Assembly (NCBI GenBank): GCA_038845975.1
Contig: JAWBQF010000003.1
Span: 32,001-96,000, forward strand
Direction: 5' to 3'
DNA: 64,000 nt
Origin: Candidatus Methanomethylicia archaeon
GTDB lineage: Archaea; Thermoproteota; Methanomethylicia; CALHIW01
Both the position numbers and the translations under genes were made by a program. Every line of letters starts with the position of its first letter. Position 1 is the first letter of the stretch. Shown here piece after piece: positions 10,233 through 21,758 of this stretch. Under the pieces are notes generated by a model. It did no database searches, was not told the origin of the DNA, and saw only the letters and a program-made list of their open reading frames with translations.

Positions 10233-11387
10233 TTAAGTTTTAGTCTTAATGCTAACTTCTGATATTAAGAGTACTAATATACTAGCTGTAAATACTAGGA
10301 TTGATGGTGTTAGAAAGGCGTTCATGTAGTTTCCTGAATATTCTACTAGTAAGCCGAGAAGTAGTGGCCCTGTAAGATTACCTAAATCCATTCCCATCGT
10401 GTATATACTTGTAAGAAAGCCTATACTACTTCTTTGTCTTCCAAGAGCTAAAGTCTGAGCGCTAGGTATGAATATTCCTACTCCTACTCCAAATACTATT
10501 GAGGCCAAGTATAGATGTGGGGGAGTAATGAATATATAGATCATGAAAAATGAAAGTGAAATTATGAGTAGACTTAAATAAGTTGTTCTTTCAGGATACT
10601 TATCTGATAGCTTACCCCCGATAATTCTAAGTATTAGGCTTGATAGAGCTTGCAGACTGACAAAGAATCCTATTTCAATATCCCCATAACCTAAAAGCTT
10701 CAGATATGCTGATAGAAACGTTAATAGCCCCATCCAGGCTACTGCATATACTATAAGACTAAAAAACGCTGTTAAAAAGTATTTATCACTTAATCCTCTA
10801 ATAGATATTTCTTCCGGTAACTGTTTCCTAGTAGGATTTGAAGTTTGTATTAAGGGTATGAGTAGTAGTAGGAGTAGAGAAGCTATAATAAACGTCACTT
10901 TATAACTGAAAAACTGTGATATTACTCCTCCGAGACCAGGTCCTACAGTAAAGCCTATACCTACCATAAGACTCCTCCATCCCAGTGTTTCTCCTACCTT
11001 TCCATTCGGTGCAGAATCTACAGCGCTAGCAATCGATGATGGAATAAAGGACGCTACTGCAACTCCCTCTATAAGTCTAGCTATTATTATTGTAAATATA
11101 TTGGTTGAGAAGAATAGTAAAGCATAAGATACTGATGCTAGAATAACTCCGAGAAGCATAAGTGATGAACGTATCCACTTATCACTTAATACACCGAATA
11201 AAGGTCTTAGAGATATAGCAGTTATAGACATACTAGAAACAGCAATCCCTATCATTGAGGGAGATGCCTCTATCATCAATACATATCTTGGAATAAGCGG
11301 TATAACCATCTGGATGAAGGTAAAGAATAGTATTGTAGCAATATTTAACCTCCAAGTCGCAGAGTTTAAATAGATACTAAATCTCAT
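10233..11387 (-). CDS. MFS transporter
   Basis: About 12 hydrophobic segments; motif A variants GVLSDKW and GKLSDKY. Confidence 0.9.
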   Translation of the reverse strand: MRFSIYLNSATWRLNIATILFFTFIQMVIPLIPRYVLMIEASPSMIGIAVSSMSITAISLRPLFGVLSDKWIRSSLMLLGVILASVSYALLFFSTNIFTIIIARLIEGVAVASFIPSSIASAVDSAPNGKVGETLGWRSLMVGIGFTVGPGLGGVISQFFSYKVTFIIASLLLLLLIPLIQTSNPTRKQLPEEISIRGLSDKYFLTAFFSLIVYAVAWMGLLTFLSAYLKLLGYGDIEIGFFVSLQALSSLILRIIGGKLSDKYPERTTYLSLLIISLSFFMIYIFITPPHLYLASIVFGVGVGIFIPSAQTLALGRQRSSIGFLTSIYTMGMDLGNLTGPLLLGLLVEYSGNYMNAFLTPSILVFTASILVLLISEVSIKTKT

Positions 11388-11445
11388 AACTCTAAAATAT
11401 TATCTAAAGAGCTAGCTTTAAGCCTTATTTAAGCTTTTCTAAAGT

Positions 11446-11502
11446 AGCTTTATTGCTTAAGCTATCAACTCATATAATATCAATATTTAAGTTCATAAAG
11501 CC
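11446..11502 (+). mobile_element. Degenerate family-A MITE
   Basis: agctttattgcttaagctatcaact...taagttcataaagcc resembles 7134..7193. Confidence 0.55.
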
Positions 11503-11603
11503 TATATTTCATGAAATGTATGCTTAAACTTTAAAGATATAATATGAGAATTTACAGTTAAGTTTATATATTGCCTAGGTGAAACCCAACTACTACAGAT
11601 AGG

Positions 11604-12089
11604 ATGAATAAAATGGAGAAGAGGAAAACTCTAAAAATTAGATGGCAACGGTTAGTACTTAAAGGGGAAACATGTTTAAGATGTAGGTTAACAGAAGAGG
11701 AGCTTGAAAAGGCTGTTTCTAGCCTTAAGCAATTTCTCACTCTACTGGGAATAGAAGTCATACTGGAAAAGAGTGAACTTTCCGTTGTAGAGTTTAAAAA
11801 GGACCCCTTACGATCTAACCAGGTTTGGCTTAATGATCGCCTACTGGAAGATTGGATTAATGGGAAAACTGGTCAGAGCCCATGTTGTGATGTTTGTGGC
11901 CCTTCCGAGTGTAAAACCGTTATTGTAGGAGAAGAATCTTACGAAGTAATCCCTGCAGAATTAATTATTAAAGCCGGTCTTCTTGCAGCTTTACAGCTAC
12001 TTGATGTAGAAATAAATAAATCATGCTGCGAAAATGAAATTTCAACAGCACCAGCTACAAGTTGCTGTAAAAGTAGACAAGCTCTTTAA
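11604..12089 (+). CDS. DUF2703-like Cys-rich thioredoxin-fold protein
   Basis: WQRLV..GETCxRCxxT, SN.VW.N..LLEDW and CC/CxxC motifs. Confidence 0.75.
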   Translation: MNKMEKRKTLKIRWQRLVLKGETCLRCRLTEEELEKAVSSLKQFLTLLGIEVILEKSELSVVEFKKDPLRSNQVWLNDRLLEDWINGKTGQSPCCDVCGPSECKTVIVGEESYEVIPAELIIKAGLLAALQLLDVEINKSCCENEISTAPATSCCKSRQAL

Positions 12090-12723
12090 GAAAGAATATT
12101 TTCTGAATTTATTCTTTAAAATATTTAGCTCTACTTAAAAGTACAGTTACTCCTAACTTCAATAAATCAAATTGACACATTAAGGAGTTTAGCTATTTTG
12201 AAGTATTAAATAAAGAATTAGTAATGCTGCCAACTTTAGTTACTTACTATGTTATGGAAAAAGTAAGCCAATTTAGAAGATAGTGTTGCAATAAATTCTT
12301 TATATTTTACTTATTGGTATGGTCTTTATTGAGATTGTAGTATTAAATAATAGTATGATATGTAGAAGCTTGAAAGCTTATTTTGACTAGGCTTAATATC
12401 TAGAATTCATTTAGTTATGTCAAGTTTAGATTGGCTTTAAGCTATATCTTGCCAAGTATTCTTAAATGATGGAGGAATTTAAAACTATTTTAAAACTATG
12501 TAAATAAGTATCCAGCTGTTAAAATAATACATTATACTTAACTCTAAAATCCAGTTAGACATATTCAGGTTTCTTAACTCTGTTATGATGTAGTAGTCTA
12601 AGTAAGTATTGAGTGTTGTAGTAGATTCTAAATTATGATGGCTGTATTGTTGAAGGCACTAGGAATATAGAGTGGATCTACATGTATTGGTATATTATTT
12701 GTGATGAAGCCTGCTTTCAGCTT

Positions 12724-14034
12724 TTACATTGATCTTTTAATTAGGTCCAGAGCTTTCTCATCTGCTTTCTTCATTATTTCTTCCTCATCTAGATGTATGC
12801 ATTTCCCATTTTTGACAAGTACTTTACCGTCAACAATAACTGTATCAACATTTAAGCCGCATGCTGAGTATACTATTGTAGAGTATATGTTATGGACTGG
12901 ATGTAGATATGGTGATTTCAAGTCTAGCAGGATAATATCTGCCTTTTTCCCCTTTTCTATATCCCCTATATCATTATTAATACCTAAGGCTTTAGCTCCA
13001 TTTATTGTTGCCATTTTTAGAATTTCTAAGCTACTTAAAGCTGTTGGGTCCAGATATTTTGCTTTCTGAATTATTGATGCAAATCTTAAGTCTCTAAGTA
13101 GATCTAGTGTATTGTTTGAGGCTGGGCCATCAGTTCCAATACCTACATTTATACCATGCCTTATCATTTCCCTAACTCTAGCAATCCCCTGAGCTAGTTT
13201 TGCATTCGATACTGGATTGTAAGCTATAGATACTTTCCTCTTAGCTAGTAGATCTATATCCTCCAACTCTAAATATATACAGTGAACTAGAGTTAATCTA
13301 TCATTTAATAGATTGATTTCGTCATATTTTTTAAGAGGATTTTCACCAGTTCTCCTCCATGTATCTTCAAGTAGTTCTTTCGACTCTGCATAGTGGAAAT
13401 GCACTGGTAAACCATATTTTCCAGAGTATTCCGCTATTCTTGCTAATAGTTCTGGTTGGACAGTATACTCTGCATGTGGACCTAGAGCTGTAAGTACTCT
13501 TCCATTTCCCCTACCTCTATTTTCAAGTGCAAATTTTAATCCCTCCTCTAAATCCTTTAATCCTCCATCAGGTTTACCAACCCCTATTATACCATGAGAT
13601 AATACTGCTCTAATACCTGTCTCCTCAACTGCTTTTGCAACCATATCCATATAGAAATACATATCGTTAAAACATGTAACTCCGGATTTCAGCATTTCAA
13701 TACATGCTAGCTTTGCACCCCAGTAAACATCTTCAGGTTTAAGATTAGCCTCTATAGGCCAGATAACTTCTCTAAGCCATCTATCTAAAGGAAGATCCTC
13801 AGCTACTCCTCGAAGTAAAGTCATCGGTGAATGCGTATGTAGATTTATTAATCCAGGCATTGCTACCATGCCTTTAGCTTCAATTATGGTTTCACCATGG
13901 TAACGACAATTCTCAATTCTACCGAAATCTAGTATTCGATCATCATTAATAGCGATAAATCCATGATCAATAACTCCACTATTAATAGTTGCAATTAAGC
14001 AATCTCTAATAAGAACATCAACAATTCCACTCAT
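12724..14034 (-). CDS. mtaD: MTA/SAH deaminase-family amidohydrolase
   Basis: PGLINLHTH, GPHAEYT, HYAES and GTDGPASNN. The probable start is MSGIVD at 14034 rather than the track's 14088. Confidence 0.85.
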   Translation of the reverse strand: MSGIVDVLIRDCLIATINSGVIDHGFIAINDDRILDFGRIENCRYHGETIIEAKGMVAMPGLINLHTHSPMTLLRGVAEDLPLDRWLREVIWPIEANLKPEDVYWGAKLACIEMLKSGVTCFNDMYFYMDMVAKAVEETGIRAVLSHGIIGVGKPDGGLKDLEEGLKFALENRGRGNGRVLTALGPHAEYTVQPELLARIAEYSGKYGLPVHFHYAESKELLEDTWRRTGENPLKKYDEINLLNDRLTLVHCIYLELEDIDLLAKRKVSIAYNPVSNAKLAQGIARVREMIRHGINVGIGTDGPASNNTLDLLRDLRFASIIQKAKYLDPTALSSLEILKMATINGAKALGINNDIGDIEKGKKADIILLDLKSPYLHPVHNIYSTIVYSACGLNVDTVIVDGKVLVKNGKCIHLDEEEIMKKADEKALDLIKRSM

Positions 14035-14481
14035 AAAAATCTTAAACTCAGATAAATAAATAGTTTTCCATAAGCTATAAGGCTCCATAAATCTAGTAAT
14101 GTAGAATACATGTGGTTGAAGAGTTAATATTGTATGCTAACTATATACTAAGTTCATTAAGATTCTAGGTGTTGCCTAGCTTTCAAGCTTTCCCATATTT
14201 GGATTGATCTCCTATTAAAACTGTTAGTAAAGTTAGAAACCTGCAAGTTTTACGCCGGTTATGGCTGCAGTATTAATACTTAATGCTCGTAGATCTTCTT
14301 TTGATAGTTGATAAACGTTATCATGACCTAAAAGCATTGTAGGCATTTTAATTTCTTCAGTTGTGGGGAAATTGAAGAAATTTCAATTTCTCAAGCTTAG
14401 CACATAATACGTATGCTTCAATATTCTTTATTAAAGTCATAAAGTCGTATATTAGTAATATGATAAGAATATTGCTATACT

Positions 14482-14536
14482 ACCCTATATGCTATAGTCA
14501 TTAACTATGTATATCTCCACATAAACTTACAGAGTT
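14482..14536 (+). mobile_element. Degenerate family-A MITE
   Basis: agtcattaactatgtatatc...aaacttacagag matches the core and right end of the MITE. Confidence 0.4.
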
Positions 14537-14559
14537 CCGTCTTTAGAGTTTAGATTAAA

Positions 14560-15738
14560 CTATTCTAAACGTTTATTTTTTCCAGTTTCTCTAACTGCTA
14601 GATTTAGTATTGTTGTTACTCCGGATATTATAGCAAGAAGTATTAGTGGTGGAGCTGGTGATCCCGTATTATCTATTAGGAAACCTACAATAACAGGGAA
14701 TAGGAAGGATCCTATATTACCAATTGAAGATATTAATCCAACAGTTCCACCTACAAGTCCGGAAAACTCTGAATGCTCTGTTGGTATAATGAGGGTTAAT
14801 GTTAAAATTCCCGATAAAGTAAACCCTACTACTAGTATAGATATCCATAGTAGTGTTCGGATGGTGTATGGGATAAGCGTTATGAATATTATGCTAGTAG
14901 CTCCAAGTATCCATATGAATGGCTTTCTTAACCCTATTTTATCAGATAATGTACCTATAACCGGTCCGGAAAGTAGGAATCCTAGCGGAAATATTGATGT
15001 AGTAATGCTTGCCTCCATAGCTGGTATTCCCTTAATTTCTAGTATGCTTGGAAGCCATGCTAGAATTGTATCGTAGCATCCCATTGAACATATACATAGC
15101 CCAGTTAGTATCCAGAGTTGTTTTAGTTTAATTAGGTTTTTAAATCTCCATTTAGGATGATTGCCTATATATGTTTTCCTTATTAGAATTCTCCTATCTA
15201 CTAGCCACCATAATACTGCTAGGGTAAGGCTCCATAATCCAAATATTTGAAATACTATTCTCCAATTTCCATTTAATGCTAGGAGTAGATAGGATGTTAA
15301 ACCTAATCCTGCAAGTTCACCAGCAGGAAATCCTGCAACATAGATTCCAGTAGCAAATCCTGTCCTATCCTGAAACATTACATTCACGATTTTAGCTAGA
15401 CATGGTAGAATAGCTGCAAATCCAGCTCCGAGAAGTAGCTGTGAAAATAGTAGAGTATAGTAGCCCTGGGAGAAGCCTCTTAGAAGACTAAAAACTCCAA
15501 TAAGTATCATAGCCATCTTTACTGTAGCCATAAAACCAATACAATCAATTATAAACCCCCAAGGTATTCGTAATAATATAACTGCTAAAATACAGATTGA
15601 AAATATAAATCCTGCTTCAGCATATGTTATTCCCATTTCTCTAATAACTAGTGGAATTATGGGTGAGTATGAAAATAGGAGGAGATGTAGAGTAAATGCT
15701 GTAAGGAAGGCCTGTACTAATATTATACTTCCAGACAT
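14560..15738 (-). CDS. MFS transporter (CynX-like)
   Basis: Hydrophobic 392 aa with GTLSDKIGLRK. Confidence 0.88.
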   Translation of the reverse strand: MSGSIILVQAFLTAFTLHLLLFSYSPIIPLVIREMGITYAEAGFIFSICILAVILLRIPWGFIIDCIGFMATVKMAMILIGVFSLLRGFSQGYYTLLFSQLLLGAGFAAILPCLAKIVNVMFQDRTGFATGIYVAGFPAGELAGLGLTSYLLLALNGNWRIVFQIFGLWSLTLAVLWWLVDRRILIRKTYIGNHPKWRFKNLIKLKQLWILTGLCICSMGCYDTILAWLPSILEIKGIPAMEASITTSIFPLGFLLSGPVIGTLSDKIGLRKPFIWILGATSIIFITLIPYTIRTLLWISILVVGFTLSGILTLTLIIPTEHSEFSGLVGGTVGLISSIGNIGSFLFPVIVGFLIDNTGSPAPPLILLAIISGVTTILNLAVRETGKNKRLE

Positions 15739-15783
15739 AAGCTATAGAGTAGTATTGATATTTTAGTTGATTGATGGATGCTA

Positions 15784-16323
15784 TTATGCTTTAATATATT
15801 TAATGGTTGTAAATATTCTTCCTCCTGCATGATGAAGTATATTTGCCTCCATACTCCATACTTTATCTTTAAATAGCTCCTCCTCAGCATAGGCCTTCAC
15901 TACTTCAGCAATATATAATGCCTGCTCGTTAATTGTAATCTTATTTTTAACTTTACATTCCAAAACACCTATACAGTTCTCAATTACCGGCGGCTTAACT
16001 GCTTTAGCCTGAGTAAATGTTAAATTTAACAATTTAACTTTATCAGTTTTACCTCCACTCTTAGTCCCAGCTATCCAAACCTGTTTCAGCAGGTTTACTG
16101 ATGGTATATTAACTGTAAACTCACCTGTTTCATCTATTAATTTATGTGTATATCCCTTAAGCCATAGAGATATAGCTATTAATGGGGGGTCATCACTTAT
16201 AGGGGTAATCCATGAACATGCCATAACATTTACTTTACCACTTCTATCAGCTGAACATATGAGTACAACGGGACGTGGGTGGAGAAGCCTATACGATTCA
16301 GCGAGATCAATTTCAGTCTTCAT
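15784..16323 (-). CDS. Flavin reductase-like (flavoredoxin family) protein
   Basis: LLHPRPVVL, NVMACSW, GEFTVNIP, GTKSG and LECKV. Confidence 0.9.
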   Translation of the reverse strand: MKTEIDLAESYRLLHPRPVVLICSADRSGKVNVMACSWITPISDDPPLIAISLWLKGYTHKLIDETGEFTVNIPSVNLLKQVWIAGTKSGGKTDKVKLLNLTFTQAKAVKPPVIENCIGVLECKVKNKITINEQALYIAEVVKAYAEEELFKDKVWSMEANILHHAGGRIFTTIKYIKA

Positions 16324-16758
16324 ATTTGTAAATAGTCTACAGAGAAATAAAAACTTAATGCTTAATGATGTTAGTATGATTAATTACGAAATCATTAATG
16401 GGGCTTAGAGATGTGGTAGGTAAGAGTTGTGAGAGGTCTTAATGAGACTTTATAAGCGTGATTTGTAAGTATGATTTACTAGACGGCGGAATCAGTTAAA
16501 CATGTAATGTGAGCATAGCTACAATACTTAAGGTTATGCATGTAGATAATGTCTAGAAGGATGATGCATAAATGCAGTATGATTGAGGATTAACTCAATA
16601 TATAAACTAATAGCTTTAATATATAGAATAATGTATCTAAGCTGATATGCTTTAAATTCCATGATCCTTAAGATTATAAACTAAAGTCTAAAATGGTTAA
16701 TATATGCTTTGGAGGCTTGAAGCTATAGTTGGATAGGTAAACATTTATTAGTCTAACT

Positions 16759-17391
16759 ATGGTTAGTATAGTAAAGGTTTAGCGATATTGATCGTTGGAG
16801 GAATACTGGTAGATGGTGTTAGTTTATGGTAGGAGGAAGACTGGTAAAGCTTCTTTATAAAGAACTATACGAAATGGGATAAATACTATTTTATTGGTAG
16901 GAGTGGGAATATATTTATTGATGATGAGAAGATAAGTTATGAAGCCTTTACTAGAGAGTTTCTTGATAGGCTTCACAGTATAGGTGTAAATGGAAGATTA
17001 ATAGCAGTAACCTCAACTCTCTGGTTTGCAAGGGAGCTTTTATGGAGGGCTTCACCTCTACCTGGTCTATTCTCGGAGTTTAAGGTAACTCCAATAGATG
17101 AAGGTGATATTCTTGTATTGTAAATATGTATGAATACATTAAGAACCTAAAGCTGCTTCTAGAGTATTCACTGTTTCTTAGGGAGCCTTGACTTATTTAG
17201 ATATGGGATAATGCTAAGGATTTCTTTAAGGCTCTACTGCAAACCATAAGGAATACTGTTCCCTCACTTATAGGTGAAATCTTCATTGAGGAAGAGAGGA
17301 CATATTCGCGAATATATGATACTGTGTTAAAGGCTATTGCTAACGGTAAGCAGATATCAACGGAAATGGCATCTTATCTATACTTGAGGAT
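16759..17391 (+). pseudogene. Archaeal AAA/ATPase_2-type ATP-binding protein, disrupted
   Basis: Fragments LVYGRRKTGK (Walker A), FFIKNYTKWDKYYFIGRSG and LIGEIFIEEER.YS.IY...LKAIA, with frameshifts and stops. Truncated by the IS6 copy at 17392. Confidence 0.75.
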
Positions 17392-18082
17392 GGCTTTGTT
17401 AACTTAAGCATGTTTATCACCTCTATTTTGGTATTGTATCTTCTATGAATTCTTAGCTTTTATCTTCCTTATCCATGTTTCGTTTAGCTATGCTATTGAC
17501 TTCATAAACATTAATGCCTGTTCATTACCGCGTTTATCCTCATGCACGGTATATAATTATCGAATAGCTTAGTTCTATCCTTAACATACTGTATTATTCC
17601 ATCCATTAATTCTAACCTCTAAACTATATCGTGTTTTAATATTCTCATGATGCTTATAGTATTGAGCTCCATCACTTAATACAACTATATTAACCGCAGA
17701 TAGCTCTAATCTTTTAAGGAATGTTAGTGATGTAAGCATGTTGCAACATCGCAAACCCATATGTAGAGAATCCTTCTCAATAATGGCTCAAACACAACAT
17801 AAATAACCTCCTCTTAAAACCTACTTATAATAGATCAACCATAATCCTAGCATCCCTCCCATCGAAATCAAATAGCTTAAGATAAACCACGATAATATAG
17901 ATACATAACCTAAAATAATAAAGCTTAGAATATCTGAAGCCATTCTAGATGAACGGAAATATATAAGTAATAAACAACTAGAGTAAATGAGGGTTCTCTC
18001 CCTACAAACCTAATAACTTTAGATATATCATCACCATAAATAGGGGAGGGAACTTCCAAATAAATCTAAAGTTAACAAAGCC
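17392..18082 (-). mobile_element. IS6-family element, full length with many small indels
   Basis: Both 14-bp TIRs are intact and the body is colinear with 244..974. Confidence 0.88.
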
Positions 18083-18162
18083 AGTATAAGCCACTCAACA
18101 ACTGCATCCCGATCTTCTTAATGTTTTTATAGTGATAAGTTAACAAAGCCAGTATAAGCCAC
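18069..18162. repeat. Exact 26-bp direct repeat separated by a 42-bp unique insert
   Basis: AAGTTAACAAAGCCAGTATAAGCCAC occurs at 18069-18094 and 18137-18162. Confidence 0.92.
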
Positions 18163-18198
18163 GTTAGCTTTAAATATAGGTTTTAAAACTCATGCTGG

Positions 18199-19128
18199 GT
18201 GGTATTGATGATTGATGAAAAATTAATGAGTATGAAGGAAGCAATAGGAAAATATGTTCATGATGGTGATACTGTGTATATGGCTGGATTTACACATTTA
18301 ATCCCCTTTGCGGCAGGCCATGAGATAATTAGGCAGAGGAAACGTAATCTAACATTGGTTAGGCTTACTCCAGATTTAATTCATGACCAAATGATAGCTG
18401 CTGGCTGTGTTAAGAAACTTGTTTTTAGTTGGGCTGGAAATCCTGGAGTTGGGCCTCTACATGCATTTAGAAGAGCTGTTGAGAAGGGTTTTCCGAATCC
18501 TATTGAGATTGAGGAGTATACTCATTTCGCTTTAGTATCACGTATTTTCGCGGGGGCTATTGGTCTTCCATTTATCCCACTTAGATCACTCCGGGGAAGT
18601 GACTTACCGAAACACAATCCAAACATAAAATTTGTAAAGTCTCCATATAGTGATGAGGAGGTAGCTATTGTTCCCCCTCTAAACCCTGATGTATCTATTA
18701 TACATGCTCAAAGAGCTGATGTGGAAGGTAATATTCAGGTATGGGGGTTAATATGTGATATTAGGGAAGCAGCTTTCGCTGCAAAAAGAGTTATTGTAAG
18801 TGTTGAGGAAATAGTTGATGAATACATTATTAGAAGTGATCCGAACAAGGTTATAATACCTAGCTTTATTGTTGATGCAGTTATAGAGGAGCCGTGGGCA
18901 GCTCATCCATCTTACGTACAGGGATATTATGATAGAGATAATGAATTCTATCTTGAATGGGATAAAATATCGAGAGATCCTGAACTACTTGAGAAATACA
19001 TGGATGAATGGATCTATAATATTCAGAACCGTAGGGAATATGTTAGGAAGCTTGGTGCTGAAAAGATAATGAAGCTAAAGCCAAAAAGCTTTTATAGTGT
19101 AACGGTTAACTACGGATTATACTACTAG
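18199..19128 (+). CDS. CoA-transferase subunit A (CatI/GctA-type, 3-oxoadipate/glutaconate)
   Basis: GFTHLIPFAAGHEIIRQ..LTLVRLTPDL..DQ, FSW.GNPGVG and AHPSY.QGYYDRD. Confidence 0.88.
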   Translation: MVLMIDEKLMSMKEAIGKYVHDGDTVYMAGFTHLIPFAAGHEIIRQRKRNLTLVRLTPDLIHDQMIAAGCVKKLVFSWAGNPGVGPLHAFRRAVEKGFPNPIEIEEYTHFALVSRIFAGAIGLPFIPLRSLRGSDLPKHNPNIKFVKSPYSDEEVAIVPPLNPDVSIIHAQRADVEGNIQVWGLICDIREAAFAAKRVIVSVEEIVDEYIIRSDPNKVIIPSFIVDAVIEEPWAAHPSYVQGYYDRDNEFYLEWDKISRDPELLEKYMDEWIYNIQNRREYVRKLGAEKIMKLKPKSFYSVTVNYGLYY

Positions 19129-19899
19129 GTGTATGTAATGGAGTATACAAAGGCAGAACTTATGGTAGTAGCTGCATCGAGAGAACTTCGAGATTATGAT
19201 GTGGTTTTTGTAGGTATTGGATTACCTAATCTCGCTGCAAACCTAGCTAAGAGAACTCATGCTCCACATCTAGTAATGATTTATGAGTCTGGAGTTATAG
19301 GTGCAAACCCTACAAGAGTACCTATCTCCATAGGTGATCCATGCCTGGTTTCCGGTTCTCAAAGTGTATGCTCCATATTTGATGTTTTCGCCTTCTATTT
19401 ACAGTCTGGGAAGATTGATGTAGGATTTCTTGAAGGAGCTCAAGTTGATAAATATGGAAATATAAATACTACAGTAATAGGAGAATATGTAAAGCCGAAA
19501 GTCAGATTACCGGGGAGTGGTGGTGGATGTGATATAGCTTCATTAGCTAAGAGAATCCTAATAATTATGCCTCATGAAGCCAGAAGATTCCCTGAAAAAG
19601 TAGATTTCATTACTAGTCCAGGCTTTCTCAGAGGGAAATGGGAGAGGAAGCAGCTTGGATTGAAGGGTGGAGGACCTGTTAAGGTAATTACAGATCTAGC
19701 AATTCTAGGATTTGATGAAGGGACAGGTGAAATGATACTTGAATCCATACATCCGGGAGTAACAGTAGAGGATGTAAAGAAGAATACTGGTTGGGATCTT
19801 AAAATATCAAGAGATCTAAAAACTACAGAAAATCCTTCAGAAAAAGATCTTCTAATTCTTCGGCGGCTTGATCCTAAAGGAGTATATCTAAGGAAATAA
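19129..19899 (+). CDS. CoA-transferase subunit B (CatJ/GctB-type)
   Basis: FVGIGLP, LVMIYESG (catalytic Glu), AQVDKYGNINTT and RLPGSGG; directly abuts subunit A. Confidence 0.88.
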   Translation: MYVMEYTKAELMVVAASRELRDYDVVFVGIGLPNLAANLAKRTHAPHLVMIYESGVIGANPTRVPISIGDPCLVSGSQSVCSIFDVFAFYLQSGKIDVGFLEGAQVDKYGNINTTVIGEYVKPKVRLPGSGGGCDIASLAKRILIIMPHEARRFPEKVDFITSPGFLRGKWERKQLGLKGGGPVKVITDLAILGFDEGTGEMILESIHPGVTVEDVKKNTGWDLKISRDLKTTENPSEKDLLILRRLDPKGVYLRK

Positions 19900-20262
19900 G
19901 TAATAGTAGCTCTACCCTATCAATCACTCTATCAGCTATAATAATCTTTAAAGCAGCTACTAGTCTGCATTTAGGAATTCATACTGGTAGCTCTATACTT
20001 CTAGTAAGCTTTCTAAGTTTGTAGTATTGCTAATTGATCACCAAATAATCTACACATATCCTTAAAAGAAACAACTTAATACAACAAATACATGAACTAT
20101 TCCGGAATTGTAAATTATTAGTTCTCAACTCTAGTGAAGTAGGTTTATAAGCCTTATAGACTAAGTGAAGAGCTTGTAGAGATTAGGAATCCTTAACTTT
20201 AATTGTGGGGTATTAATGAATTTCATTATTTCTACTAGTTGAGCTTCAGCTATATTTACCTG

Positions 20263-21465
20263 TTAAGGAGAGAATCTGAAGGATACATGGGCTAGAAGGA
20301 AGATTATAGCAACTAGAGGAAACAAATGTATAAATCCATAGTTTTGAGCAATAAATGGTCCTAAATATGCTCCTATAGCTTGACCTAAACCTATAAAAAC
20401 ATTAAATAGACCTACCTTCCCTTGAGGAATGATTTCCATGGATAAAGAGAGAACACAAATATGATATAAAGCATAAGCAAAGCCCATTAATGCTAGAATT
20501 AGAGATGTTGAAATCACCGTGTAGATATTTACTACAATAAGAACCTCTAGAATAAAAATAAGAATACTTCTAAGCAATGTAGTTTTCAATATTATCATTC
20601 TCCCCTCCTGATATCTTGCTCTACTACTTGCTAGAAAGTATCCTATAACTCCTCCACTTGAATTTAAAACATATATTGTAAAAACCATACTTGTAGATAA
20701 ACTTAAATCTTTAGAGAGGAAGATAGGTAGAGGGGTAAATAGAGTACTTGTAGCTAGTGAAAAGAGAACTAGCCCTCCACAGAAAGCATAAATATTTCCT
20801 TCCATTAATTCTTTATTGGTTGAGAATCCGTCTAGAGTTCTTGCTGCAATAGCTATTCCTCTATATGTAAGATCTGCAACTCTCTCTATACGGAGAAATG
20901 TTCTCTCAAATACTAGAAAAGGATCAGTAATTAAAATTATAGAAGTGAGAAAAGCTAGAAAGTTTAAGCCACTACATATCATTAAGATTGTTTTTGTACT
21001 AAATTCAAAGAATGAGAGGAAAACTCCACTAAGTAGTCCAGTAAGCCATCCAATCTCAGTTAATCCCTCATAAATAGCATAAGACTTCTCCCACTCTTCT
21101 CTTGAGTAGAGTTCTGCTATCAATATGTTTTTAGATGGTTCATGAGCTACATGGAGGACATCCATAATTACATATAGAGCTATAAGTATGAGGATGCTTG
21201 ATGTAGTGGTAAGAAGATATAGTATGATAGAACATGATAAAAATGAAACTAGAATATAGAATTTATAATGCTTTGTCTTATCGCAAACATACCCCCAGAA
21301 AAAGGATGCAGGTATACTTAAAAGCAAAGCCGTAGAAGACATAACTCCTATACTAAGTAGTGATCCGCCAATGCTAATAATATATAAAGTGAAGAAGACA
21401 GAAAATAAGCCGAAAGCAACTTCATGAAAGAAAAATCCAATCTGCCACATATTAAGTAGGCTCAA
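20263..21465 (-). CDS. MFS transporter
   Basis: About 12 TM segments; WGYVCD. Confidence 0.85.
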   Translation of the reverse strand: MSLLNMWQIGFFFHEVAFGLFSVFFTLYIISIGGSLLSIGVMSSTALLLSIPASFFWGYVCDKTKHYKFYILVSFLSCSIILYLLTTTSSILILIALYVIMDVLHVAHEPSKNILIAELYSREEWEKSYAIYEGLTEIGWLTGLLSGVFLSFFEFSTKTILMICSGLNFLAFLTSIILITDPFLVFERTFLRIERVADLTYRGIAIAARTLDGFSTNKELMEGNIYAFCGGLVLFSLATSTLFTPLPIFLSKDLSLSTSMVFTIYVLNSSGGVIGYFLASSRARYQEGRMIILKTTLLRSILIFILEVLIVVNIYTVISTSLILALMGFAYALYHICVLSLSMEIIPQGKVGLFNVFIGLGQAIGAYLGPFIAQNYGFIHLFPLVAIIFLLAHVSFRFSP

Positions 21466-21758
21466 TACTATGTAGAATATTTACAGTAATACACTGTCAA
21501 TTTCAACTATTTCTATTATAAATTATCTCTTCATCCTCATAATTTAAAGCATTCATAAACAAATATTTATATCCCAAACTTGTCAGATAGCCTAAAACAT
21601 AAGTAAGGAATTTAGAAGTAGTCATTAATATAAAGTCAAGTAGACTAGTTGTAAATACATTTATGAAGATGTTAGTAATATATGAAATCATAATGACCAT
21701 ATTAATCCCTAGCATAAATTTTATAAGTTTCTTGTAAACAGCTCTTAAATATCTTTCT

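Noticed and set aside
21503-21715. 70-aa minus-strand ORF upstream of the MFS gene
   Set aside because: AT-rich and low-information, with no motif; could be a decayed gene, but unsupported.
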